64,000 nucleotides of DNA from Spirochaetota bacterium (GCA_965208615.1 CBDBPB010000003.1:64001-128000); one strand, 5' to 3'; numbered from the stretch's first letter, positions 42,234 to 52,315 are shown. Made by a program: numbers and translations. The notes: generated by a model from the sequence alone, not told the origin.

Positions 42234-42608
42234 TTTTAACTAGTTAAACCTACTCTTTATTTTTTAGGTGTAGATTAACCATCTAATGGAGCATAAACTA
42301 TAAACCGTTTTGCTTCATTAGAATATATTTATATACTTAATTTAAGAATTATTATTAAATATTTATCTTCCTAAAATCTTCTTTGCTTTTTGCCTTTTTT
42401 TTATACCCTTAAAATAATAACTGCGACAGACTATTACGACTAGTTTATTGCTCATAAATTATACTAGCTTAACTCAAAGCTGATATTTTAGCATATTCTT
42501 TATAACACAAATAAAATAAATGGTTTTTAAAGTTTTACTAAAATCCGAATTACAAATAGCCAATTCTATTGATTAATATAAGGCTGATTTTATCCCTGGA
42601 GAGACAAC

Positions 42609-43964
42609 ATGAAGAAAGAAGAACTTAAACAGACTGTTAAAGAAATTATCTATTGGATAGAAACTTCTAATAATACACAAATAGCTAATACCATACTTTA
42701 TTTGCACTATGTTGATCTTGCAGAAATTATACACCATCTTTCTGAAAAGAATAGAAAGTATATTTTTGAACTCCTTGACGCTGATACGGCATCCCAGGTA
42801 CTATCCGAGTTGGACAACTTTGTAAGAAATCAGTTTGTTGAAGACTTGGATACTAATCGTATTAGTGAAATTGTTGATGAGATGGATTCTGATGATGCCA
42901 CTGATTTTATATCTCAATTACCAAAAGGTACTGCTACTAAGGTATTAAACTCTATAGATGTTGTTGACTCTAGCGAAGTTAGAGAACTTTTATCTTATCC
43001 AGAAGATACCGCAGGTGGAATCATGGCTAAGGAGTTCATCGCTGTTGAGGAGAACAGTACTATAAGGGATGCTATTCATACTATTAGAGCCAAATCCAAT
43101 GAGGTTAGGGATGTTTATTACATTTTTGTTGTAGATAAAAATGGAGTCTTAATTGGATTTTTATCCATTAAAAAGTTAATTCTTACTAGTCGTAAAGAAA
43201 AGGTTACTGAGGTTATGAATAGGGAGGTTGTTTCTGTTAACACTAACCTGGATCAAGAAGAAGTAGCTAATATTGTTAGAAAGTATGATTTAGTATCAAT
43301 TCCAGTTGTCGATAATAATGGTGTCTTAGTTGGACGCATTACTATAGACGATATTATAGATGTTGTTGATAAAGAGGCTACCGAAGATATACACAAAATG
43401 GCTGGTATTAATGAGGATGAAGAACTTAGGGATACATCATCAGTTAACATACTAAAAACGCGTTTACCATGGTTAATAACAGGGCTACTTGGCGGAATTG
43501 TTGCCGCTGTTGTTTTGAGTAGCTTTGAACATTCCTTTAACCAGATTATAATGTTAAGTTTTTTTACACCTGTTGTTATGGCTATGGGAGGTAGTATTAG
43601 TATACAGTCATCAACTTTAGTTGTTAGAGGTCTTGCAACTGGCGAAATAACATTTATTGGCATATATAAGCATATTTTTAAAGAAATGAAAGTAGCATTA
43701 CTAAATGGTATGGCTTGTAGTTCTATCCTTGTGATAATTGCAGGAATATGGACTAACTGGAATATGGGGATATTACTAGGAGCCGCATTATTTTTAATTA
43801 TCAACATTGCAGGGCTTATTGGTACAGTTATTCCCCTTATTTTTAAGAAGATTAATATTGATCCCGCATTAGCTACTGGACCCTTTATAACTATTATAAA
43901 TGACATAATAGGTTTAATTATATATCTTACAGCGGCTAATATATTTATAAAAGATATTGCTTAA
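42609..43964 (+). CDS. mgtE: Magnesium transporter
   Basis: MDSDDATD, YPEDTAGGIM, CBS pair, RLPWL, AMGG and DPALATGPFITIINDI. Confidence 0.96.
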   Translation: MKKEELKQTVKEIIYWIETSNNTQIANTILYLHYVDLAEIIHHLSEKNRKYIFELLDADTASQVLSELDNFVRNQFVEDLDTNRISEIVDEMDSDDATDFISQLPKGTATKVLNSIDVVDSSEVRELLSYPEDTAGGIMAKEFIAVEENSTIRDAIHTIRAKSNEVRDVYYIFVVDKNGVLIGFLSIKKLILTSRKEKVTEVMNREVVSVNTNLDQEEVANIVRKYDLVSIPVVDNNGVLVGRITIDDIIDVVDKEATEDIHKMAGINEDEELRDTSSVNILKTRLPWLITGLLGGIVAAVVLSSFEHSFNQIIMLSFFTPVVMAMGGSISIQSSTLVVRGLATGEITFIGIYKHIFKEMKVALLNGMACSSILVIIAGIWTNWNMGILLGAALFLIINIAGLIGTVIPLIFKKINIDPALATGPFITIINDIIGLIIYLTAANIFIKDIA

Positions 43965-44027
43965 TAATAGATCTTTGATCAAAAAAATATATATTAAACA
44001 AAAATAATTAATACGGAGGATAAAATA

Positions 44028-44663
44028 ATGTCTGAAAGATTAGACTTTCTAATACAAACACGACCTGAGGCGGCTACTGCATATATGACTTTTCTTAAAG
44101 AGTCTGGACGTCATTTGGATGATAAGACTCGTTTTCTTATTTCTTTAGTTACTAAGGTGATTTCTGGTGCTAATAAAGGGCTTAAGCAGTATGTACCCCA
44201 TGCTATACGTGCTGGAGCCAGTGGACAAGAGCTTATTGATGCTGTTTTAATGTCTTTTCCTGCCGCTGGACTTACTAAAGTTCTTAATGCTATTGAAGTA
44301 TTACAAGAGATGAACTTGCCAGAACTTAAATTGGAAAACCTAAAACGAAAACCACAGTGGATTACCTTAATCTCTGTTAATGAGATTTTAGAAAATAAAT
44401 TAACGACAAAAAATACTGCCGGAAGAAGTTTTATTATATATAAATCCGATGATAACATAAAAGTCTATGATAGACAATGTCCACACTTGGGTAATAGGCT
44501 GCCAACAAATATAGATGATCATATACTAACCTGTAAGGTTCATAAGTGGAGCTTTGATCTTAAAACTGGTCTCTGTATAGGCAAGGCCACTAGAAATCTA
44601 CGTGAATATAACTCTAGAATAAATAATGAGATGTTGGAAGTTGAAGTAATACCACTAGATTAA
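44028..44663 (+). CDS. CMD/AhpD-like domain fused to a Rieske [2Fe-2S] domain
   Basis: N-terminal LDDKTRFLISL...AIRAGASGQELIDAV and C-terminal CPHLG...CKVHKWSFDLKTG. Confidence 0.8.
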   Translation: MSERLDFLIQTRPEAATAYMTFLKESGRHLDDKTRFLISLVTKVISGANKGLKQYVPHAIRAGASGQELIDAVLMSFPAAGLTKVLNAIEVLQEMNLPELKLENLKRKPQWITLISVNEILENKLTTKNTAGRSFIIYKSDDNIKVYDRQCPHLGNRLPTNIDDHILTCKVHKWSFDLKTGLCIGKATRNLREYNSRINNEMLEVEVIPLD

Positions 44664-44926
44664 TTTATTTTAAGTTAGTTAAAATGTTAAATATACTTGT
44701 TATACTAATAAAAATAGCTTATATATCACTAAATAAGCATTAGACTTTTGCTCTTTCTTGACAATTGCTGATAAATTCATTAAGTTAAATATATCTTATT
44801 ATACTACTATAAGTTAAATAGTATTAAGATATTATAATTTTATTAGTCATATAATACTTTTTAGTATTATTTTTATTGAAAACTTATTATAAGTACAAAT
44901 AATATTAATTGATAAACGGCGATTTA

Positions 44927-45760
44927 ATGTTTAAACTACAAGAGTTTATTAGTAAAGACCGTATATTTTTTAACGTAAAAGGGAATAGTAAAAGAGCTGT
45001 AATAAAAGAAACCGTTAGACGTATTTGTGAAATAGAAAATATTACTAATGATTGTGATACCTTGCTTAAACTTATTCTAAAGCGAGAAAAACTTGAAGCT
45101 ACTGCTATAGGAAAAGGTTTTGCTATTCCCCATTGTAATTTTAAAGGGTTTAATGGTATTAAGATTTATGTTTCTTTTCCAGAAATACCTGTAAACTTTA
45201 GAGCTAAATATAATGATTTGGTTCGCGTGATGTTTGTTATTATATCCGATAACAACTCAAACGAAATGTATTTAAAAGCTTTATCCTATCTTATGTATTT
45301 TATTAAAAATACCCATTCTATAGAAGACCTTATTAGTATAGATAGTCCTCAAAAGTTTTTAGCCATAGTTAAAAAAAGTGATAATGACCTTAATTACATA
45401 TCATACAAAAGCTTACACTTATTAACCTCCCTTTTAATATTAGAGGATGAAATTAATACTTATTCTCATGAAATTACCATAGAAAAAGGTAAAAGGCAGG
45501 GTAAGAACGAACTAGATAATGACTTACACTATCAAAAACTTTGTAAGTCTAAAGAAAAACTAGTATTAGACATAGATTATCGTCTTATGTCTATTTATAA
45601 CCAGCTTAAGGCTAAGTATGGTGGATTAATTACCTCAAAGATTAAGGATAAGTCTTGTGAATATTGTAATGTTCAACTTCCTGTTCATATGATAAGAGAA
45701 GCTAGTCGTAAGAATCAGATCATCCAGTGTACTATGTGTTCTAAAATCCTTATTATCTAG
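44927..45760 (+). CDS. PTS EIIA (PtsN/fructose-type) domain fused to a C4 zinc-ribbon domain
   Basis: ILKREKLEATAIGKGFAIPH (phospho-His) and C-terminal CEYCNVQLP...IIQCTMCSKIL. ATG 44927 is preferred over TTG 44909. Confidence 0.8.
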   Translation: MFKLQEFISKDRIFFNVKGNSKRAVIKETVRRICEIENITNDCDTLLKLILKREKLEATAIGKGFAIPHCNFKGFNGIKIYVSFPEIPVNFRAKYNDLVRVMFVIISDNNSNEMYLKALSYLMYFIKNTHSIEDLISIDSPQKFLAIVKKSDNDLNYISYKSLHLLTSLLILEDEINTYSHEITIEKGKRQGKNELDNDLHYQKLCKSKEKLVLDIDYRLMSIYNQLKAKYGGLITSKIKDKSCEYCNVQLPVHMIREASRKNQIIQCTMCSKILII

Positions 45761-45841
45761 ATTTAGAAATCAATACTTTGATGGAGTTCTTATTGATTTT
45801 TTAGGTTTCTTTTATTAAAAAATCTTAACTAAGAGATTATA

Positions 45842-47170
45842 ATGAAATTATATACGTTATTATTGCTAATTATAATAGGTTTTGAGGTTCAACTATTTTC
45901 TCAAGAATCAGCTAATATGATGCCCAATGAAAAAAGGCTGTTTATCATTATTAATTCGATGAGAAAAGATAAAAAAATCCCTCCTTTTAGGTTTTCACCT
46001 AAGTTATACGTTTTGGCAAAAGAACATAGTAAAAAAGCCTCTTTAAGCAGGAGTATTAAAAATAAAGATAATAAACTTATTTATATTAGATCGATTTTAG
46101 CTGATGGAACTAACTATATAAAACAAACAGAAAAAGCTATTCGTAGTAACACTAATCACTATTACACTATTCTAAACCCTAATATTAGAGAATCTGCTAT
46201 TGCTATTGAATATAACAAAAAGTTGGGTTTATACTATATAAGTCATGCTTTAGGGCGTGGTCCTATTTCTAATGATTCTTACTATCTTCAGGAAAAAGAA
46301 TTTGATGAGCTTTTATCCATTGTGGACATAAAAAACTCTATGGATCGTACTGATAGAATTAGATTTGGCTTGAACAGGGTATCTATTATAAAAAATCTAA
46401 AGCCTTTTATTGATCATCCCAAAAATATATATTATACAAAGTTATCGGCTGGGTCTATTATTATTTATTTAAAAGATAGCCGTTCTCCTGAGAATTATTT
46501 AAAGGTTTCCTTTTCTGATATGTCACAGAAGTTTAAGGGGGTTTATAATATAACGTATTATTTTAAAGAAAGGACCTTTTTAAAAGAATATGGTTTATTA
46601 AAAGATATTTTTGGACTAAAAAAAGCTATTCCATTGTCTTGGAGTGGCTATCCTTATCACTTTAGAGTTGAGGATAATAAATTAAAATTCTACATTCATA
46701 AAATGGATAAAACTAAAAAACAAGCCTACTGGATTACTGATGATAAAATTGTTGAATTTAGATGGCAGGGAACAGAAGGAGTATATGTTAGTATAACTAA
46801 AACAAATTATGGTTATCATTATGTTAATCTTTTTAAGGCTCAATATAATTTAAAATATCCTCTTAGAAAGCAGGTTTATCTTAGACTTTTGGCGGAATAC
46901 TTAATACGAATGGACAACTTTAATATAATTGACTTTCTTAAGAGTTATGCAATAAGGTTTTATGGGCCAAATAAAGTGGAGACTGCTACCTTAAGAAATA
47001 ATACTTTTAAAATAAACTATTTTTATTATTATAAAGACGGCTTACATATTAGAGAAAATCTTTTAGAAAATAACACTATAAGTAATATATGTAAAACTAG
47101 TAATAACTCTAAAGGCAAGCTAATATCAATAGAGCTTAAAAGAAATAAGAAAAAAGGGGGATATAAGTGA
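45842..47170 (+). CDS. Secreted protein with a degenerate N-terminal CAP (SCP) domain
   Basis: Signal peptide; LFIIINSMRK...L..LAKEHS...HYYTILNP. The rest is unrecognised. Confidence 0.6.
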   Translation: MKLYTLLLLIIIGFEVQLFSQESANMMPNEKRLFIIINSMRKDKKIPPFRFSPKLYVLAKEHSKKASLSRSIKNKDNKLIYIRSILADGTNYIKQTEKAIRSNTNHYYTILNPNIRESAIAIEYNKKLGLYYISHALGRGPISNDSYYLQEKEFDELLSIVDIKNSMDRTDRIRFGLNRVSIIKNLKPFIDHPKNIYYTKLSAGSIIIYLKDSRSPENYLKVSFSDMSQKFKGVYNITYYFKERTFLKEYGLLKDIFGLKKAIPLSWSGYPYHFRVEDNKLKFYIHKMDKTKKQAYWITDDKIVEFRWQGTEGVYVSITKTNYGYHYVNLFKAQYNLKYPLRKQVYLRLLAEYLIRMDNFNIIDFLKSYAIRFYGPNKVETATLRNNTFKINYFYYYKDGLHIRENLLENNTISNICKTSNNSKGKLISIELKRNKKKGGYK

Positions 47171-47883
47171 TTTTAACACCAAATGCTCTTGTAATGTACG
47201 CTAAGATACCAGAGCCTGGGAAGGTTAAAACAAGACTAACTAAAGGAGAAAATGCTTTATCCGAAGATGAAGCTGTTAATATATATAGAGCTGTGTTAAG
47301 CGATCTAATAGCTCAGTTTTCTAAAAGTCCTAATTATGACTTTTTCATTTGTCCAAAGGCTGAGATGTGGAGACTGCGAAAAGAAGTTGAAGGAGACTAT
47401 TTTCTTTTAGAAGATCAAGGAAAAGGAGATTTGGGTGATTCTATATATAAGACATTTAGATGGCTTATTGAAAGGGAATATGCCCATGTATGTATTATAA
47501 GCTCCGATGCTCCATTTTTATCAACTGGCCTTTTAGATATGGCGTTCAAAGCTTTAGAAAGTGATAGTTCATTTGTTTTGGGTCCTGATCATAGTGGAGG
47601 TTGTTATTTGATTGGAGCCAATGAGCCTTATCCTGTATTTTGTGATATTGCATGGAGTCATGGTGAAGATTTTAACATTCTTAAGAATCGCATTAATGGC
47701 AATAAAATACCTTTATCTATTTTACCTGTGTGTCATGACTTAGATACAGTTAAGGATTTAGCTTATGCCTATGATATAATAAATAAAAACCCTGGAAGCT
47801 TTAAGAAAACAATACCTCAAACGTATGAGTATATTAAAATGTTTCACGTGAAACATCCCAACCTTTTTAAAAAACCTCTATAA
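47167..47883 (+). CDS. GT-A fold transferase, DUF2064/TIGR04282 family
   Basis: YAKIPEPGKVKTRL, QGKGDLG, ISSDAP, VLGPDHSGGCYLIG and DLDT. Confidence 0.88.
   Translation: MILTPNALVMYAKIPEPGKVKTRLTKGENALSEDEAVNIYRAVLSDLIAQFSKSPNYDFFICPKAEMWRLRKEVEGDYFLLEDQGKGDLGDSIYKTFRWLIEREYAHVCIISSDAPFLSTGLLDMAFKALESDSSFVLGPDHSGGCYLIGANEPYPVFCDIAWSHGEDFNILKNRINGNKIPLSILPVCHDLDTVKDLAYAYDIINKNPGSFKKTIPQTYEYIKMFHVKHPNLFKKPL
47840..47855. promoter_or_regulatory. parS centromere-like site (ParB binding)
   Basis: Exact match to the canonical consensus TGTTTCACGTGAAACA. The palindrome extends to 18 bp (47839-47856). Confidence 0.88.
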
Positions 47884-47910
47884 AACTAACTTAAAATAAA
47901 CAATAAATAG

Positions 47911-48513
47911 TTAACGTAAAAATGATGGCTGGTTAATTTTTAAATAGTTATATATATTATTATCATATTTAAAAGTTAACTCATAAGCCTTTAAAGCTAA
48001 ATTAAACCTGCTTTCTAATGATACTGCTCCACTAATCTTTATCTCTTTAGTAATCCTAAAGTAGTCATCAGGATTAGTTATAATAACCACATTCTTAAAG
48101 TTTTTAGCAGACGCTCTAATAAGAGTAACTCCACCAATATCTATATTTTCAATGATCTCACTATTTGATACGTTTTTCTTTTTAGTTACCTCATCAAAAG
48201 GATAGAGGTTAACTATAACCATATCTATTGGCTTGATATTATTGGTTTTAAGCTCCTCCATATGAGATGGATTATCTTTTACAGCTAAAATACCTCCGTG
48301 TATAGACGGGTGAAGTGTTTTTACCCTACCTCCTAATATCTCACTAAAACCAGTATAGTCCTCCACAGTAGATATTGGTATTCCATTCTCTTTTATCAGC
48401 CTATAAGTACCCCCAGTAGACACCATATTAATAGAAAGGCTATTTAAGTCCCTTGCCAGGTCTACAATATTAGTTTTGTCTGATACGCTAATTAAAGCTT
48501 GTTTAATATTCAT
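47911..48513 (-). CDS. purH: IMP cyclohydrolase (PurH N-terminal half only)
   Basis: ALISVSDK, STGGT, GGRVKTLHP, VNLYPF, ENIDIGG and SAKNF. Ends at 200 aa. Confidence 0.88.
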   Translation of the reverse strand: MNIKQALISVSDKTNIVDLARDLNSLSINMVSTGGTYRLIKENGIPISTVEDYTGFSEILGGRVKTLHPSIHGGILAVKDNPSHMEELKTNNIKPIDMVIVNLYPFDEVTKKKNVSNSEIIENIDIGGVTLIRASAKNFKNVVIITNPDDYFRITKEIKISGAVSLESRFNLALKAYELTFKYDNNIYNYLKINQPSFLR

Positions 48514-48534
48514 GTTTTATCCTTAAATAATAAA

Positions 48535-49239
48535 TTATTTTAACTTTTTTAATGCTATCTCTGCATCACTCTTTCTTATATAATTAGGGACTACACTATT
48601 ATAATTAAGTCTTTTTGAAGGATTATTAATAGATGCCAGTCCAACATATATACCATGGGGTTTATTATATTCCTCAGGGGGGAGTATAATAAGGTTATCC
48701 ATAGTGCTTTTTAATAAGCTATGGTATAGCAATGCCCCAGTACCACAGATTATCGACTTTTGATTTAAACTCTTAAGCTTATCAATAAGGTCATCCATAG
48801 TAATATCCAAATCTTTTTCTAATATATTATTGTTTTGGTAAATGGATGTATATACCCTTTTTTTACGTCCATCAATCATTGGTATAATAACAGTATTTTT
48901 ATCTAATGCAAAGGGTAAGACAGCTTCTCTTAAAACATCCAGAGAGCTAACAGGTATAATATCACATCCAATAAACTGGGCTAATGCCCTTGCAGTACTA
49001 ACTCCAACTCTTATCGACGTAAATGCTCCTGGACCTATATCCACAGCAATTATATTTATGGAGTTTTTATCAATATCGCTAATCTTAAGGCTATAGCTAA
49101 TGATATCCATAATGTTAGGGGAATGGGTAATCCCATTATCAACTTCAAAAGAAGTTATAACCTTATTTTTGTTTAGTAGTGCAACACTTAAGTTATTAGT
49201 AGCACTCTCTATTGCCAAAGTAATCATTCTTTCTTCCAT
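48535..49239 (-). CDS. tsaB: tRNA t6A modification protein
   Basis: LAIESAT, HS, GPGAFTSIRVG, VSSL, IDGRKKRVY and PNYIRKSDAE. Confidence 0.93.
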   Translation of the reverse strand: MEERMITLAIESATNNLSVALLNKNKVITSFEVDNGITHSPNIMDIISYSLKISDIDKNSINIIAVDIGPGAFTSIRVGVSTARALAQFIGCDIIPVSSLDVLREAVLPFALDKNTVIIPMIDGRKKRVYTSIYQNNNILEKDLDITMDDLIDKLKSLNQKSIICGTGALLYHSLLKSTMDNLIILPPEEYNKPHGIYVGLASINNPSKRLNYNSVVPNYIRKSDAEIALKKLK

Positions 49240-49264
49240 AAACCTTATACTACTTTAGAGTTAA

Positions 49265-49522
49265 CTATACTTTGGTCTTTTTCTTTTTCATAACCTGCCA
49301 GCCAGAAATAGAATCGTTAAAAGCTATATAATAACGATAACCAGCAGTTTTTACTTGAATCCAAAGATTATCCCTAGTTATTTGACTAAATATATCCCCC
49401 CAATCAGGTTTTACCTTATCATCGTTAATAACGTTGTTAAAACTGCTCCAAAGAATATTTAGCTTATTTTGTACGTCATCAGGAAAACAATTTATACTTT
49501 GTTTAAATTCATCTATTAACAT
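49265..49522 (-). CDS. Small hypothetical protein
   Basis: GAGGT RBS, co-oriented just upstream of tsaB. Confidence 0.6.
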   Translation of the reverse strand: MLIDEFKQSINCFPDDVQNKLNILWSSFNNVINDDKVKPDWGDIFSQITRDNLWIQVKTAGYRYYIAFNDSISGWQVMKKKKTKV

Positions 49523-49775
49523 ATTATTACCTCTTTATAAAAAGTTATTTAAAATTAAGATAAACCATTATTTTTGTAAAGTATTTTATAAATAGTAGTA
49601 TATTTTTAAATATTATTTTTAGTTTAAGGGCTTATTAGGATAATAATAATTAAATATCCAAATTTGACTAATAAAACTAAAAGAAAACTGGAACTTATTA
49701 AAAAAATTATTTATATTTTCAAACCATTATAAAAAATTATTATTAATTTTAAAACCTATTTAAGGGTAGTATAAA

Positions 49776-50312
49776 ATGGTAAAAAAGCTATACGACCGCC
49801 TTGAGGCTAAGTTAGGGGATATTACCAAAGAAAAATGTGATGCCATAGTAAATGCCGCTAACTCATCCCTAACTGGAGGAGGAGGTGTAGATGGGGCTAT
49901 CCACTCTGTAGGAGGAATAGAAATACTAAGGGAATGCAGAGAAATTAGAAAAACACAATATCCCAATGGATTACCAACAGGTGAAGCCGTAATTACTGGT
50001 AGTGGCAAGCTAAAAACTAAATACGTTATACATACAGTTGGACCTATATGGAGTGGTGGAAAATTATCAGAAAAAGAACTTTTAGAAAATTGTTATAATA
50101 ATTCCCTTGAGTTAGCGGTTAAGCATAAAATAAGAACAATAGCCTTTCCATCAATATCAACTGGTATATACGGCTACCCTATGGATAAAGCCGCTAAAGT
50201 CGCTTACAAAACGGTTATAGAGTTTTTATCCAAAAACAGTTTTATTGATCTGGTAACCCTAGTCTTTTTTAGTCAACAGGATATGGATGTATTTTTAGAA
50301 GCTATAACCTAA
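49776..50312 (+). CDS. Macro-domain O-acetyl-ADP-ribose deacetylase (YmdB-like)
   Basis: GDIT, AIVNAAN, GGGGVDGAIH, VIHTVGP and ISTGIYGYP. Confidence 0.94.
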   Translation: MVKKLYDRLEAKLGDITKEKCDAIVNAANSSLTGGGGVDGAIHSVGGIEILRECREIRKTQYPNGLPTGEAVITGSGKLKTKYVIHTVGPIWSGGKLSEKELLENCYNNSLELAVKHKIRTIAFPSISTGIYGYPMDKAAKVAYKTVIEFLSKNSFIDLVTLVFFSQQDMDVFLEAIT

Positions 50313-50338
50313 CCTTTATAAATAAGCTAAATTAAACT

Positions 50339-50695
50339 ATGAAAAAACAAATGATTTTAAGAGTAAAAGAAAAGTTCGACTCAGCCCATAAATTGAACGA
50401 CTATCATGGTAAATGCTCTAATCTACACGGACATACATGGCAAGTGGAAGTTTATATTAAAATAAAAGAAATTCAACCTAATGGAATTAGTATAAAGTTT
50501 GAAGAGATTAAATCTTTCCTAAAAGACTTTTTACCAGACCATCAATACCTTAATGATTATCTTAATATGCACTACCCTACTGCAGAGAATCTTGTTATAC
50601 ATTTATTTAATGGAATAAAAAAACGCTATGAAAACCTTTTAAAGGTCGTCCTTTGGGAGACTGAACAAAATGGAGTCGAATATTCAGAAGTATAA
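50339..50695 (+). CDS. queD: 6-carboxytetrahydropterin synthase
   Basis: FDSAH, CSNLHGHTW, PTAEN and LWET. Confidence 0.92.
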   Translation: MKKQMILRVKEKFDSAHKLNDYHGKCSNLHGHTWQVEVYIKIKEIQPNGISIKFEEIKSFLKDFLPDHQYLNDYLNMHYPTAENLVIHLFNGIKKRYENLLKVVLWETEQNGVEYSEV

Positions 50696-51248
50696 TATAA
50701 CGAATATATTTTACTCCATACAGGGTGAGGGCTTTCATAGCGGAAAGCCAGCTATTTTTATAAGGTTTTCCCAGTGCAATTTAAAGTGTAGGTTTTGTGA
50801 TGAGCCATCCCAACCTACAGTAGAATATGATAGTAAAAAAATTATTAGTAAAATAAATAAATTTAGTCCATGTAAGTTTGTTGTATTAACCGGAGGAGAA
50901 CCCAGTATACAGTCAGGATTAGAACAGCTTATTACTAAGCTAAAGAAAAATGATTTTTTTGTATCTGTAGAGACCAACGGTACGAATATAATAAAAGGCT
51001 ATCCTGATTGGATAACCGTATCTCCTAAAACAGATGATTTTTACTATGGGGATGAGTTAAAACTTGTTTATGATAAACAAAATATAAAGGAGTTTGAGCA
51101 TCTTCCATTTAAGCATTTTTATATTCAGCCTATGAATCTTGAAAAAGATATTGATTTTACGTCTTTAGGAAAATGTATTAAGTTAGTTAAAGATAATCCG
51201 AAGTGGAAACTGTCTATTCAGCTTCATAAGTTTTTAAGGATTAGTTAA
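50670..51248 (+). CDS. queE: 7-carboxy-7-deazaguanine synthase (radical SAM)
   Basis: IFYSIQGEG, CNLKCRFCD, LTGGEP, VETNG, VSPK and QLHK. Confidence 0.93.
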   Translation: MESNIQKYNITNIFYSIQGEGFHSGKPAIFIRFSQCNLKCRFCDEPSQPTVEYDSKKIISKINKFSPCKFVVLTGGEPSIQSGLEQLITKLKKNDFFVSVETNGTNIIKGYPDWITVSPKTDDFYYGDELKLVYDKQNIKEFEHLPFKHFYIQPMNLEKDIDFTSLGKCIKLVKDNPKWKLSIQLHKFLRIS

Positions 51249-51307
51249 CTTGTTTTCAGTTTAGAAAAATATTATATTTTAGTCTTATAATAATTTTGAG
51301 GACACCT

Positions 51308-52315
51308 ATGAAAGAAATTGCTATTATAGGAGCAGGTAGTTTTAGTATGGCTCTTGCTCATCTTCTTAGTAATAAAGGCCATAAAATAACAATATGGTCT
51401 CATAGTACTGATATTGCTGAGTACATTAACAAAAATCATAAAAACCCAGTCTTTCTTAAGGATGTTAAACTACCTTCTAATAAGGTAAAGGCAGTTACAT
51501 CCCTAAGTGAGGTATTAGATAAGCCATTTTTATTAATTGCTATTCCAACACAGTTTATTAGGGATACTTTATCCAAGGTTAATATTAATAGCAAAACTAT
51601 TATTATTAACTGTGCTAAAGGTATTGAAACTAACTCTCTCAAAACTATATCTGAGGTATTAGAAGAAATATTCCCTTTTGAGTATCATAATAATTTTGCT
51701 TTTATATCTGGTCCAAGTTTTGCTTTGGAGCTTGCTAAAAAACAGCTTACAGCGGTCAGTGTTGCAAGTAAAAGTCAAAAAGTTAGTACTATAGTACAAA
51801 AGCTGTTTTCTACTAAATATTTAAGGGTATATACTAGCCATGACATAATAGGTATAGAGGTTTGCGGCTCTCTAAAAAACGTTATAGCCATAGCTTCTGG
51901 AATAGTTGATGGTCTTGGATTAGGACATAATACAAGAGCGGCATTAATTACCAGAGGACTAGCGGAAATAACCAGACTGGGTATAAAAAAAGGAGCTAAT
52001 CCGCTAACATTTTTAGGACTTGCTGGTATAGGAGACCTCGTATTGACTTGTACAGGGGATCTTAGTAGAAATAGACATGTGGGAGTTGAATTAGCATCAG
52101 GTAAATCGCTATCTCAAATACTCTCAGAAATGACTATGATTGCAGAGGGTGTTAAAACTACTGAGTCTGCATATGAATTATCAAAACAGTTAAAAGTTGA
52201 AATGCCAATAATAGAACAAATGTATCAAATATTATACCATAATAAATCACCAAAAAAAGCTGTGGAAGAACTAATGACCAGACATCTAAAACCAGAAATA
52301 GACTTTATTAATTAA
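51308..52315 (+). CDS. gpsA: NAD(P)H-dependent glycerol-3-phosphate dehydrogenase
   Basis: IGAGSF, KGIE, SGPSFA, LKNVIAIA, GDLVLTC and SRNR. Confidence 0.96.
   Translation: MKEIAIIGAGSFSMALAHLLSNKGHKITIWSHSTDIAEYINKNHKNPVFLKDVKLPSNKVKAVTSLSEVLDKPFLLIAIPTQFIRDTLSKVNINSKTIIINCAKGIETNSLKTISEVLEEIFPFEYHNNFAFISGPSFALELAKKQLTAVSVASKSQKVSTIVQKLFSTKYLRVYTSHDIIGIEVCGSLKNVIAIASGIVDGLGLGHNTRAALITRGLAEITRLGIKKGANPLTFLGLAGIGDLVLTCTGDLSRNRHVGVELASGKSLSQILSEMTMIAEGVKTTESAYELSKQLKVEMPIIEQMYQILYHNKSPKKAVEELMTRHLKPEIDFIN

Noticed and set aside
43253-43906. 217-aa minus-strand ORF
   Set aside because: Antisense shadow of mgtE. The other short ORFs nested in or opposite recognised genes were rejected for the same reason.
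43974-43983. TTTGATCAAA palindrome as an FNR box
   Set aside because: FNR sites need TTGAT-N4-ATCAA, and there is no spacer here.
50339-51248. queD-queE as part of a 7-deazaguanine DNA modification (dpd) island
   Set aside because: No dpdA/tgt-like or other dpd genes are nearby, so ordinary queuosine synthesis is the simpler reading.
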